A stretch of DNA of 64,000 nucleotides. Origin: Octopus vulgaris. Taxonomy: Eukaryota. The stretch spans positions 35,092,001 to 35,156,000 of the forward strand of contig OX597830.1 of NCBI GenBank assembly GCA_951406725.2, read 5' to 3'. This document shows, in pieces, positions 26,814 to 38,935 of the stretch. The translations under genes were made by a program, and so were the position numbers. A model generated the notes under the pieces. It did not search any database. It was not told the DNA's origin and saw nothing but the letters and a program-made list of their open reading frames with translations. Position 1 is the first letter of the stretch; each line of letters starts with the position of its first letter.

Positions 26814-27269
26814 TTTACATATACATATATATACATATATATATATACATATATATGTGTGTGCGTGTGTATGTGTGTGTGTTTGTGTGTGTGTATGTAT
26901 GTGTGCAGGCAAGTGTGTGTCTGCAATTGTGTTCATCTCTGTGAGTGCGTGTTAAATTGCAATGCAAATATTTTAAATTAAACATTTTTTCCTTTTTTTT
27001 TCTCCACATCATTTCTCTCCTAAATATTTTCTTTCGTCACCTCATAATATTTCCATATTTTAATATGAATTCATCTTCTTGCTAATTATCTTTTCCATTA
27101 ATAATCTAATGATTTTATTATTAATGATTTTCGCGAAAATTATAACTGTTTTGCGGCTTCTCGCATTCGTATAAACTGATGTTGATTTGTTTTTGTTTTT
27201 GTTTTTACATTAAAGCGACAACAAGAGATATAACTGTCTGTTTAGGGCTTTATATTAGAAAATCCACAA

Positions 27270-27700
27270 GCATTACGTTCTCAAAGAAAGATTTAGAATG
27301 ATACATGGTGCCTCCGACACCAGTTCATAGAAGCTATCATTTAACTAAGGTTTCTCTTGAGTTTCGTAATTTCCTCTCAATGACTGGGCAAGCTGTCTGA
27401 TTTTCTCCCATTTTAACACTAATAATGTTTTAAGCTCCCGCTTTCTATTCCCTGTGCCTCTAAATGCATATAATTTCCGTTTGTTTTGGAACTGATATAA
27501 AGCCATGTCCCATGATGAATGCTAGACATATCAATACAAAACAGACGACAGTAGCATTTGTCGTTTGATATGTATGACTATCTGCACATAGGAATTTTCA
27601 TCGCAATGCGTATTTTGATGGAAGGTTTATCTTTGAGGAAGATTTGTCGTCCCTCTACGCACTGAAGGTTGTCATATATGAGAATCTGGATTTGTTCAAG
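27270..27700 (-). mobile_element. Possible decayed RTE LINE C-terminal region
   Basis: Fragmentary minus-strand peptides (SVLY..GTW...KRKLYAF...LLVLKW) resemble RTE post-RT motifs. Many frameshifts. Confidence 0.35.
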
Positions 27701-28089
27701 AGGAATGCATAGCCATTACAGCTTTGCAAAATTATTGTCGCAAACGTTTATGACTGGACTCAGAGCGATGTAAGAGATAGAACAAGGCTCTGCAATGGAT
27801 GATCTAACAAATAATAATTCCCCAATTTTGTAATTTATTTATCGACCCCAAATGAGGAAAGATTAAGTTAAACTCGGCTGTATGAGAACTTAATATATAA
27901 ATAACCGCAAGACATTTATGTGTGGTGCTGTAATGATTCTACAAAGTGACCATCGCATACCCCATATTTTATATGCATGTGTGTGAGTGCTTGCATGCAT
28001 GTATGCATGTATGTAAGTATGTATGTATATATGTACCTATGCATATGTCTGTACGTACGCGATTATTTATATATATATATATATATATA

Positions 28090-28438
28090 TTAATAATAAA
28101 ATATTAGGGAATAAATCCAAACTTACAGGGAAAAATCAGATTTAGGATTGAATCCAATTTTATAGTAAAATATTATATTATATTAAATTAGAGATAAAAC
28201 CACTATTAGGCAAATCATACAATGAAAAACGTAAGCCAATACATAAGATTAATTAATTTATATTGTTTTAAATATATATCAAAATTATTAAAGAAAGATA
28301 ATTAGTATAACACTACGATCGTTTCATGGCTGTCCAATTCGTAAAAATTCGAGTTACAGTCATTCTTCAGGTGATTGAAATATTTAACTTGGCGAGGTTT
28401 AATCAATGAACTCATTGTATGATTTTAATCAATGAACT

Positions 28439-28445
<7 letters not shown>
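28090..28445 (-). mobile_element. Non-coding PLE-like cassette inserted in (TA)n; homologous to 45700-45935
   Basis: (TA)n on both sides, hammerhead at 28311-28373, and shared blocks TTAGGGAATAAATCCAAA and TTAGAGA.AAAACCACTATT. Confidence 0.75.
28311..28373 (-). ncRNA. Type I hammerhead ribozyme motif
   Basis: Minus strand CAC-CUGAAGA-AUGACUGU...ACAGCCAU-GAAA-CGAUCG-UA-GUG. Stem I CAC/GUG, stem II with one mismatch, palindrome ACGAUCGU, GUA triplet. Confidence 0.8.
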
Positions 28446-28491
<46 letters not shown>

Positions 28492-28616
28492 CATCATGTG
28501 ATCTATAATTCAGTAGAATTTTGCTACCGAGTGCCTGGGACCCATTCAACCAAAAATAAAAATAATCACTCTAATTATGTAATAATGTTCAATTACCTGT
28601 ACTTGAAGTTCTTTAT

Positions 28617-28835
28617 AAGGCAGTGAGTTCGCAGAAACGTTAGCACGCAGGGCGAATTGCTTAGCGCAATTTCGTCTGTCTTTACAATCTGAGTTCTAAT
28701 TCCACCGAGGTCGACTTTGCCTTTCATCCTTTGGGGGGGGGTCGATAAATTAAGTACCAGTTGCGTACTGGGGTCGATCTAATCGACTGGCACCCTCCCC
28801 CAAACTTTCGAGCCTTGTGCCTAGAGTAGAAAAGA
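28617..28835 (+). mobile_element. SINE family A, single body
   Basis: Head, body and tail all recognisable. Confidence 0.88.
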
Positions 28836-29671
28836 TTATGTATAACTTTGATCTCACAAACAAAGCTCTTTCTTCCTATCGGTCTTTATTTTGATAGCAT
28901 ATGTAACATATATCTCATTCTTTTCTCTTCGCTAAATATAAAACATGCTATAAAGTTCCAAATAATGTTACTGTTATATATTATATCTTGTGTTTCTTCC
29001 GTCGCAAATCTGAGATTTCGAATTCCCTTCCACGGTCTTGTTTTCCAGTTCAGTATGAACCCGACCTTTGTGTCTAATATACATCGTCACCTATTGATTT
29101 CTGTCTAGTAGCTCTTACGTTTTTAGTAATCTGAGGACCTTGTAACGAGCGAATGCTTAAAAAAATACATAAAATGTATATTTTTCTGTCTATGGACTTT
29201 CTGATAAGGAATTAAATTTGTTATTCGTACGCAAAGTATTGTGCAACAAACTTGTATATAAACTATAGGGGTACATGACAATGAAAGATCGAACACACAT
29301 GTATTTTGTCTTTCATGATGCTAAACGCATTCATTAGCATTTAAAATCTTTTGCTTAATTTTGTTTAACGTTCGTGAATAAAAAAATAATTTATATACAT
29401 TACAGCATGGGAAACAATAGGGATTGTTTTAGTTTAGTGTATATATAGATTGTCGATCGAGTATTTCTATCTCATTTACCGCATTGTTTTACTACATTCA
29501 GACATCTAGAAAATATTTTATAATTGTTCAATATCTTGATATATCGAAAAATTTGATTCTTATAGCATATATCGTAATTTAAAGATATCGATATGCAAGT
29601 TGTTTGAACGCCTTTACTTCTCAAGTTTCGTGTTATATATGATAACTGATAACTATATAATATCAATAAAA

Positions 29672-29835
29672 TGGCGCATGCGTGGCTGTCTGGTAAGACG
29701 TTTGCTTTCCAATCACACGGTTCCGTGTTCAATCCCACTCCGTGGCACCTTGGTTACGTGTCTCCTTCTATAGCCTCGGGCCGACCAAAGCCTTGTTAGT
29801 GGATTTGGTAGATAGAAACTGAAAGAGACCCAAAT
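29672..29835 (+). mobile_element. SINE family B, 5' half
   Basis: GGCGCATGCGTGGCTGTCTGGTAAG...GGATTTGGTAGATAGAAACTGAAAG. Confidence 0.85.
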
Positions 29836-29847
29836 ATATTTATATAG

Positions 29848-29876
29848 ACTAGCTGGATCCGTGAAAAATTCACGGA
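29848..29876 (-). mobile_element. Helitron-like 3' terminus
   Basis: Minus strand CCGTGAA-TTT-TTCACGG hairpin, 6 nt, then CTAG followed by T. Confidence 0.5.
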
Positions 29877-29948
29877 AAATATAAAAAATGTAAGCATATG
29901 TTAATTGTGTGCTGGTGCCATGAGAAATGTTTCTATATTAAGACAGTT

Positions 29949-30165
29949 AAAGGCAGCGAGCTGGCAGAATAGTTAACACGCCGGGCGACATGCTTAGCGG
30001 CATTTTGTATGTCTTTACGTTCTGAGTTCAAATTCTGCCGAGATCGACTTGGCCTTTCCTCGTTTCGGGGTCGATAAATTAAATACCAGTTGCGTACTGG
30101 GGTCGATCTAATCGACTGGCCTTCTCCCACCAAAACTTTCAGGACTTGTGCCTATAATAGAAAAG
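29949..30165 (+). mobile_element. SINE family A, single body
   Basis: Head, body and tail all recognisable. Confidence 0.88.
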
Positions 30166-30334
30166 TATATTGCGACAGTTACATAATATAGAAAGCAGTG
30201 CAAAACCGATAACTATATTATCCAACCAAAATATCTCAGTTTCCCAAATGTAAACAGGATTGCTATTTAGCTTTCAAATACATCGTACATATTCAGAGAA
30301 CCCACTTGATTTAGTGGTACGGAACGTTTTTCTA

Positions 30335-30580
30335 GTATTCTTTTATTTGTTTCAGTCATTTGACGGTGGCCATGCTGGTGCACCACCCTTTAGTTGAAGA
30401 AATTGACCCCTGGACTTATTCCTCGTAAGCCTGGTGATTATTCGATTGGTCTCTTTTGCTGAACAGCTAAGTTACAGGGATGAGTATACACCTTCATTGG
30501 TTGTTAAGCAATGGTGGTGGGGGACAAACACAGACACAAACACACACATAAATATATACATATATACATACATACAAACA
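30335..30580 (-). mobile_element. SINE family B, 3' half
   Basis: TTGTTTCAGTCATTTGACGGTGGCCATGCTGG...GGGACAAACACAGACAC. Confidence 0.85.
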
Positions 30581-30856
30581 TATACATCGGATTATCTAAA
30601 TCTTTTCATAAGCCAAATGATGATATTAATTACATTAACGTAGCATCCAACCATCTACCCTCGATTATACGGGGACTAGTTAAGTAAAATTTTCGAATCT
30701 AATGCATCTTATTATAATGCTGCTTTAGCTAGGGCTGGGTACCGTGAAAAAATCCAATATAAACAAGAAGCAGACATACACAACACTGGTAATTACTCCA
30801 ACTGCGATGTACGTTGTATACCACCACAACGTTACCGTTTGAGAACTCACTCAGAT

Positions 30857-30928
30857 AAAGAATACCGGCCAGAGAGAATTGGTCATATCAAAGAATACCG
30901 GCCAGAGAGAATTGGTCATATCAAAGAA
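30857..30928. repeat. Perfect 33-bp tandem duplication
   Basis: AAAGAATACCGGCCAGAGAGAATTGGTCATATC occurs twice. Confidence 0.95.
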
Positions 30929-31576
30929 CTACCAACGAAAACTCATTGACACACACGACATAATAATTCAACTGTTTGTTCCAATCCTGTGAAACACAAT
31001 CGTTCAAATAAGCCTAACAAAAGATATAGGAAGCAAGGTGCCCTTTAGTTGAACCTGGTTTTCGGTTTGCATGTTGCAACCAAGATAGCTCGAAAATATT
31101 TGCTACTTTGGACAGGTATTCTTCTAAATCTAATCGTTATCATGCTATTTTTAATCGACACACCGTGAAGGTACCCTACGCCAAATCTGCTAATTTAGAG
31201 CAGCTTATGCATCGCATAAACAATAGCAAAATGCGGCCAAGGTTCAGTAACCAGTATGCTTTCATTTTTGCGGTTGCTTGTATGAGTGAGTGTGACCATG
31301 CCATGCAGCTTGTCCGTGGGCGCTAATACATCCATACCTGTTAACGGTTATTTTCAATACTTCTCTCGCTGGATTGCGTGCCCCTTTCTCTTTTTGCCAT
31401 CTGTGATTTAATTTTTGATTTTCTATATAAATGAAGATATTTCTTCCGTCTGGCTGCTTTTCTCTCTACAAAACGGAAAGTTACATTGCGGAACAGTCAT
31501 TTTAACGAAACATAGAAAAGAAAAGAAGTCAAAAATGTCAAAAATGTCGCAACACAAACACGTAAATTATGAAGAA

Positions 31577-31742
31577 ATGCAGGCGTGGCTGTGTGGTGAG
31601 GAGCTTGCCTCCCAAGCACATGGTTTTTGGTTCACTCCCATTGCATGGTATTTTGGGCAAGTGTCTCTACTATAGCCTTAGGCCGACCAAAGTTTTGTGA
31701 TTGGATTTGGTAGACGGAAATTAAAAGAAGCTCGTCGCGTGT

Positions 31743-31774
<32 letters not shown>

Positions 31775-32350
31775 GTATGCATGCATGTATGTATGTATGT
31801 ATGTATGTATGTATGTATGTATGTATGTTTGTATGTATGTATGTATGAATGTATGTATATTTGTATATATATATATATATATATATACAATTAATAATAT
31901 CAAAGGGTAATCAGGAATATTAGAAATTTCCATTACCAGTGGCCTAGCTGTCAAAATTTAGTCAATATTATTATTCAAATAAATATATTATTCACATAAA
32001 TATAATGTACAGTTAAACACATAAGAGGCATACATCATAGGATTCCTTGCACGCTAGAGAGAACAGTTAAATTCCAAACCACTATTAGGGATCAAATTTC
32101 GAATGTTTCTATTATTGATTCCCTTTGAAATGTTATCCCTATTAGTGGTTTGGAATTTAGCTGTTCTCTCTAGCGCGCAAGGAATACTTATGATGGATGC
32201 CTCTTATGCGTTTAAATGTACACTGTATTTATGTATATATATATATATAATACAAAGAATATGTCCTGGGGTCGATTTCTTCAACTAAAGACGGTGCTCC
32301 AGCATGGCCGAAGTCAAATTACTGAAACGTAATAAAGCAAAAGAGTAAGC
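31577..32350 (+). mobile_element. SINE family B interrupted in its microsatellite by a foldback element
   Basis: 5' half at 31577-31740 and 3' end at 32250-32350. Confidence 0.8.
31994..32234. repeat. Foldback inverted repeat with ~110-bp arms and a ~20-nt loop, within (TA)n
   Basis: GCTAGAGAGAACAGTTAAATTCCAAACCACTA pairs with TAGTGGTTTGGAATTTAGCTGTTCTCTCTAGC, and pairing extends outward. Confidence 0.9.
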
Positions 32351-33044
32351 AAATGCAGTCAACTTTACTAAAATTATCATCAGATTTGTTACCTTCTCTG
32401 AAACTTGAATCAAGCTTATTTCAATATGATTGGCTTCGCTTTCGATGCCTAATGGTCTCACTTGGCTCTTTGAATAATCATAAATGTTGCGCAATGGTGT
32501 CCTATTTTCTAACAAGTTGCAGCCGAAGTTTCTTGACGCAATTAAATTGTTTGTGGTATAATATATTTATAATATTATGTTTTTCTTTTAGGAATTTAAA
32601 CACGACCACTCTTTGTAGTCGTACAGATACATTTGCCGATGATAATCTAATCAGAAAAAAGAGTGATTTTTAAAGAAAAATTAGTGTACACGTAATATTA
32701 AGCGAATTAGCCTAAAATCCATTAGAATTGCAAGAAGGAAAATAATCTGATGCAAACCACTCTTCGGCTTCAATGTAAAGTCAGCTGTGGCAAAATCTTA
32801 CTTAGTATAGATACCGTATGCTCTTTAACAAGAATAACACCAGGATTAGATACATTTGCAAATGAATCAAAAGTATATCACCGAGACTATTGATAACTAA
32901 ATACTCACAATATACTGCCTAAACAGTTGTAAATATATCCGATTAAAATCACTTCACTGAAGTTGCATCTGTTTCAAATCCAACAGAAAGGACTAGACTT
33001 TTGTACTGCAAAATTATATAAGGACACCAGTATTCTTTTCATTC

Positions 33045-33410
33045 TTTTTATTCTATTTAATTGTTTCAATAATTTGACTGCGGCCATGCTGGGGCACCGC
33101 CTTCAGTCGAGCAAATCGATCCGAGGACTTATTTTATCGGTCAATTTTGCCGAACAGCTAGGTTACGGGGAAGTAAACACACCAGCATCGGTTGTCAAGT
33201 GATGTTGGCGAGGAACAAACAGAGACAAACACACATACATATATATATGAAATTAGTGTACATTTAAACACAAAATGAGGTGACTCTTAACAGGCCGATT
33301 TACATGATAGAAGGAGGAGTCAAAATGCCCAAAATCACAGTAAAGAGCAATTTCAAAGGGAATAAAAATAAAAACTTTTTCCATATTTTACAGCCAGACC
33401 TAGGTTTACC

Positions 33411-33456
<46 letters not shown>

Positions 33457-33508
33457 TGTATGTATGTATGTATGAATGTGTATGAATGTATGTATGTATG
33501 AATGTATG

Positions 33509-33560
<52 letters not shown>

Positions 33561-33720
33561 GCTTCTTTCAGTTTCCGTCTAACAAAGCCACTCACAAGAC
33601 TTTGGTCGGTCTGAGGCTATAGCAGAAGACACTTGCCCAAAGTGCCACGCAGTGGGACTGAGCCCGAAATCACGTGGTTGGGAGGCATGTTTCTTTCCAC
33701 ACAGCCACGCATGCGCCTAT
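33045..33720 (-). mobile_element. SINE family B split by a ~160-bp insertion
   Basis: 3' half at 33045-33245 and 5' half at 33555-33720. Confidence 0.8.
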
Positions 33721-34469
33721 ATAAATAAATTATACACTCAGCGAGTACCTCATTTCTTTCTTCGATATTTATAAAAGAATTGTAGTTATTTTGTTGAATT
33801 GTTTCGGATTTTAAAAAAGTATAGAATAATCTAATTTGAATATAATCTGGGCAAAAATAGTGTCACCATATGTACATAGGTCTGGATATTTCCTATTAAA
33901 CACAGTAGAAATATACAATACCGTTGCTCATGAATAGAGTCCTTTTTTTCTGTTGTGGGCGACAAAATATAATTATTTTTAAAAGATTAGTTTTAAATGT
34001 CGACATAGTACATTTCAGCAGTGTATCGTGATTATAGTAACAACCAAAAACTCATACCTGTTCTCCATGATAGTCTATATAATCTGCCACATTGATGGTG
34101 TGAACGATGTAAATGGAATGAACAATGGAAGTGGATTCACCAATGGGATGGCGAATGAAAAGGTAAAGAAGTGTCTGTCCATCAAGGAATATATGCATTT
34201 TAATATCACGTATAAACACTGGAACCATTAAAGACTGGAAAACTTGCGAACTCGCCGAATTTTCATTTTAATAAAATATATTAATAAATTCTGGCTTATG
34301 CATTATTTATTTTCATTATCTTCCCCTTTGCAGTTAAAAAACAGCAATATGTATAAATATATACATACAAATCTATGTGTATGTGTGTATGTGCTTGGGT
34401 GTGCTCGCGTGTGGGTTAATACATACACTCGTATTCGTATATGTAGAACGATATATATCCATATATGTA

Positions 34470-34472
34470 CAC

Positions 34473-34532
<60 letters not shown>

Positions 34533-34846
34533 GTATCTATATGTAAATATATAGAATTACTCATATAAATATGTATTATAATTTTATGCATATGTATATA
34601 TATATATATAGATATCTCTAGGTGTGTGAGTATGTAGGTATGCATATGTACCTTACATATACTCACACACATAGGCGTTCTTGGAAAGTTATACTTTTAT
34701 CTGTGTGTTTATACTTGCGTGGTATATATGATTATATACACCCTACATGCAAAGAGAAACGTATATACATAAATACTTTGTTTCATCCTGTGAATGTGTG
34801 TGTGTGTTTGTGGATAAAGGTGTGTGTGTAAGTATACACGTATATG

Positions 34847-34878
<32 letters not shown>

Positions 34879-35022
34879 TAAGTATATATATACTTATATA
34901 CATTTATACATATACATATACATATATATATATGTATATATATTTATATACATATATTCATATATATATACATACACATACATATATGTATATATATGTG
35001 TGTGTATATAGATATATATATA

Positions 35023-35064
<42 letters not shown>

Positions 35065-35240
35065 TATACATATATAAATACATATATCTATGTGTATATA
35101 GACATATATGTATATGTATATAATTGAGCCTGTATACATACGCAGATATCCACAGATAGATAGACAGACAGATAGATAGATAGATAGACTGATAGACTGA
35201 TAGACAGACAGACAGACGGATAGACAGACACACAAATATA
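34470..35240. repeat. (TA)n, (CA)n and (GATA/GACA)n microsatellite cluster
   Basis: Direct observation. Confidence 0.85.
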
Positions 35241-36336
35241 TAGACACATGCGGCAAATTGAAAGATAGGCAACACAAAGATAATATAGCTGGCTTGATAG
35301 ACCAGCTGAGATATATATTAAAATGAATATGAATGCGATTATATTGATATATAATTGGTTTCCGACATTAATTATATTGTTGTCTCATTGAATTCATCTA
35401 GGAATATTTCATAGCGATTTTTAATTAAACCACTGCAATTTCTATCTTTATTATACTTCTATCAATAATTTTTGTTGCATTATCTCGCATTGGAGAAGTT
35501 TTGTTGTTGTTGATGCTACAGTGGTGGTTACTAAAGTTGTTATTGCTGTTGTTGTTGTTGTTGTTGCTAATGCTTTCCTATTTTTCTTGTTGTTGCTGCG
35601 TTTTTATTGCTGCTGTTGTTGTTGTTTTTCATGGTGCTGATGACGATGGTGGCGGCGGCGTCGGCGGCCGTGGTGCCTGCGGTAGTGTTGGTAGTTATGG
35701 TGATGGTGGTGGTGCTGGTGCTGGTTGTGGTGGTGGTGGTAGCGGTGGTGTTTTTGTTTTTGTTTAGCTTCTTATTAAATTTCATAACGAAATTCTCTCG
35801 AGCTGATAAATTCGTGTTTCGGCACTTCAAATGATTTCTGTTATTAATGATAATGATGATGATGAGGAGGAGGAGGAGAAGGAGGAGGAGGATCATGATC
35901 ATGATCATGATGATCATGATGACTACGATGAGGAAGAGTGAGAGATGGAGGAAGTGGAGAAAGAGTTGGGGGAGTAGAAGAATTATGATGCTGGTGAAAA
36001 CCAAGATGATGATAATGATGGTGATGATGATTACATAGAAAAATGATGATGATGAATCATCGAAACATCATCATTGACATCACAATTACATGCATTCTAA
36101 TTACCTCTTCATCGTCATTCTCATAACCACCGCTGCTATCACTACCACCACCACCACAACCATCATCTTCATGGTCAACATCATCTACGTTATCACTGCA
36201 TTAGTATTATTTTACCAATAGTCCTGCTTTTATTAAATGGTTCTTCTGCACAACTGTGTGCTGCACGGTTGTGCAGTATTTCTCTGTTCGTATTGTACTG
36301 AAAGTAATCTATATAACACACATGCAATATCTACAA

Positions 36337-36555
36337 GAGGTAAGTGGTGAGCTGGCAAAACGTTAGCATGCCGGGTGAAATGCTTAGTGATATTTCGTCT
36401 GTCTTTATGTTCTAAATTCAAATTCCGCCGAGGTCGACTTTGCTTTTCATCATTTCGGGGTCGATAAATTAAGTACCAGTTGCATACTGGTGTCGATCTA
36501 ACGAACTGGCCCTCTCCCTCAAAATTTCGGGCCTTGTGCCTAGTGCCTAGAAAGG
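36337..36555 (+). mobile_element. SINE family A
   Basis: Head, body and tail all recognisable. Confidence 0.88.
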
Positions 36556-36604
36556 GATATTAAACTATCTTAAGGTGGCGAGCTGGCAGAAACTTTAGCA
36601 CTCA

Positions 36605-36777
36605 TAGGCATAGGAGTGGCTGTGTGATAGGTAGCTTGCTTACAAACTACATGTCTCCGGGTTCAGTCCCATTGCGTGGCACCTTGGGCAAGTCTCTTCT
36701 ACTATAGCCTCGGGCCGACCAAGGTCTTGTGATTGGATTTGGTAGACGGAAACTCAAAGAAGCCCCTAGTATATATG

Positions 36778-36846
<69 letters not shown>

Positions 36847-37064
36847 GTGTGTGTTTGTATGTTTGTGAGTCTGTGTTTGTCCCCCTAACATCGCTTGACA
36901 ACCGAGCTGGTGTGTTTACGTCCCCGTAACATAGCGGTTCAGCAAAAGAGACCGATAGAATAAGTACTAGGCTTACAAAGAATAAGTCCTGGGGTCGATT
37001 TGCTCGACTAAAGGTGGTGCTCGAGCATGGCGGTAGTCAAAGGACTGAAACGAGTAAAAGAGTA
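36605..37064 (+). mobile_element. SINE family B, full length, nested in the head of a SINE A (36572-37105)
   Basis: SINE A head GGCGAGCTGGCAGAAACTTTAGCAC is interrupted and resumes as CCGGACAAAATGCTTAACGGCATTTCGTC. Confidence 0.9.
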
Positions 37065-37313
37065 CTCCTCCGGACAAAATGCTTAACGGCATTTCGTCCG
37101 TTATATCTGGGATTCCTTGATTAGGATCCTTGGAGGCTCTCTTCTATGTGGATGAGTGCATTATTCTATACGTTCTCATATCTTACACACTTATAAATTT
37201 TATCTCATAGATCTTGCCTCCTATTTATCCCCTCAGGGTGCTATTAAAAAAATCATATACTTTCCTTGTAACGTCTTCCTTAGCTGATATCCCAGTGACA
37301 TATATGTGGAATA

Positions 37314-37640
37314 ACTGGTACCTCGTTGGTTACGACGACGAGTGTTCTAGTTCATTTGTTCAACGGAACAATCTGCTCGTGAAATTATCGAACATGTGGG
37401 TGATCACTCCAGAGTCACGCTTACCCTTAACGAAGTTCCCCAGGGCGAATCAGGATGACACAGAACGTGACAAAGCCGGCCCTTTCAAACTCATGTACAG
37501 CGCATTCTTGCCATTTGACTGGACTGGAGCAACGTGAAAATAAAGTTTCTTGCTGAAGGACAGAACTTTCCGGCAGGTATCGAAATCACTGTTGAGATAT
37601 CTATGTGCCGAATATCTTAACCCCTTGGCCACACGCCATA
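37314..37640 (-). mobile_element. SINE with family D-type CORE segment and family C-type 3' part
   Basis: CAGCAAGAAACTTTATTTTCACGTTGCTCCAGT (as in 57520-57860) joined to AAAGGGCCGGCTTTGTCAC...GTCGTCGTAACC (as in 22329-22711). Confidence 0.72.
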
Positions 37641-37689
37641 ACAATAACAATAATAATAATAACAACAACAACAACAATATAAATAATAA

Positions 37690-37890
37690 TAGTTTCAAAT
37701 TGTGTCACAAAGGCAGCCATTTTGGGGGAGGGGATGAGTCAATTACATCTACCCCAGCATTCAGCTGGTACTTATTCCATTGAGTCCGAAAGGATAAAAG
37801 GCAAAGTCGACCTCGGTGAAATTTGAACTCAGAACGTAGCGACGGGCGAAATCCACCTATCTAACAATTCTGCCGGCGCGCACCCTTAAG
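37690..37890 (-). mobile_element. SINE family A
   Basis: GCAAAGTCGACCTCGGTGAAATTTGAACTCAGAACG. Confidence 0.82.
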
Positions 37891-37908
37891 ATAATAATAA
37901 TAATGATG

Positions 37909-38021
<113 letters not shown>

Positions 38022-38062
38022 TTTAATAATAATAATGATGATGATGATGACGACGATGATGA

Positions 38063-38722
38063 TTTCATTTAGTTGCCAACAGGGCGAAGGATGAGGTGTA
38101 CAATACAAAGACAGACATAAAGTTTTGAGATCTACATATAAAGAAATGATAAAATAATTAAATAACAAAAAAAGGAAAGTATATACGGAAGAAAAATGTA
38201 GCCCTCCTGATACAGGATGAACCCTAGTGATAATCGAGGAACCACACTGTCCGAGATTTTCCTGGACCAAGAGTTAGCATCCTTGCCGATTCCTCACCTC
38301 TGACTCACAGGTACTACCACTCTTGCCATTTTCACAACTTTCACCAACCTTTCAAAATCTTCACTCGAGGACAGTACTTCCCTCTCCAACTTCAATTTAT
38401 TTTTCAAGTGAAACTTGAAGAAGTCAATGAGGGCTCTACCAAAAAGGAATGTATCTGTCCACCAAACAACCTCTTTCCCCACTGGCAAAGGAAAACTGAT
38501 TTGCTTGCTCGATTGAAGAAGAGCGGCGGGGAAATCATCACTACAGATTCGGATCCATCCCACGCATGACAGCAGCTGTCCGGCAAAAGCTCGCAATTCA
38601 GCAATGCCCGGACACTGAACGAGTTCATGCAGAACGGTTTCGTCACACTGCGCACACCTGGGATAGACGGTCTGACAAAATATCCGTGCCTGCAGAATTT
38701 ACCTTGAACCCGTAGCGCCCCT
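38063..38722 (-). mobile_element. Tx1/L1-clade LINE 3' fragment within (AAT)n
   Basis: Frameshifted peptides RHG...PRCAQCDETVLHELVQCP (zf-RVT-like CCHC) and KEVVWWT...LIDFFKFHLKNKLKLERE, then a short 3' UTR. Flanked by (AAT)n at 37888-38062 and from 38723. Confidence 0.7.
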
Positions 38723-38935
38723 AATGATAATAATAACAATAATGACAATAATAATAATAATGAAAAGAGGAAGAAAAAGAAGAAGAAGAAGAAAAAGAAG
38801 AAGAAGAAGAAGAAAAGGAAGAAGGAGAAGGAGAAGAAGAAGAAGAAGAAGAAGAAGAAGAAGAAGAAGAACAACAACAACAACAACAACAACAACAAAG
38901 ACGTCAGCAACAGCAGCAACAACAACAGCAACAGC
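38723..38935. repeat. (AAT)/(AAG)n/(AAC)n compound microsatellite
   Basis: Direct observation. Confidence 0.95.
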
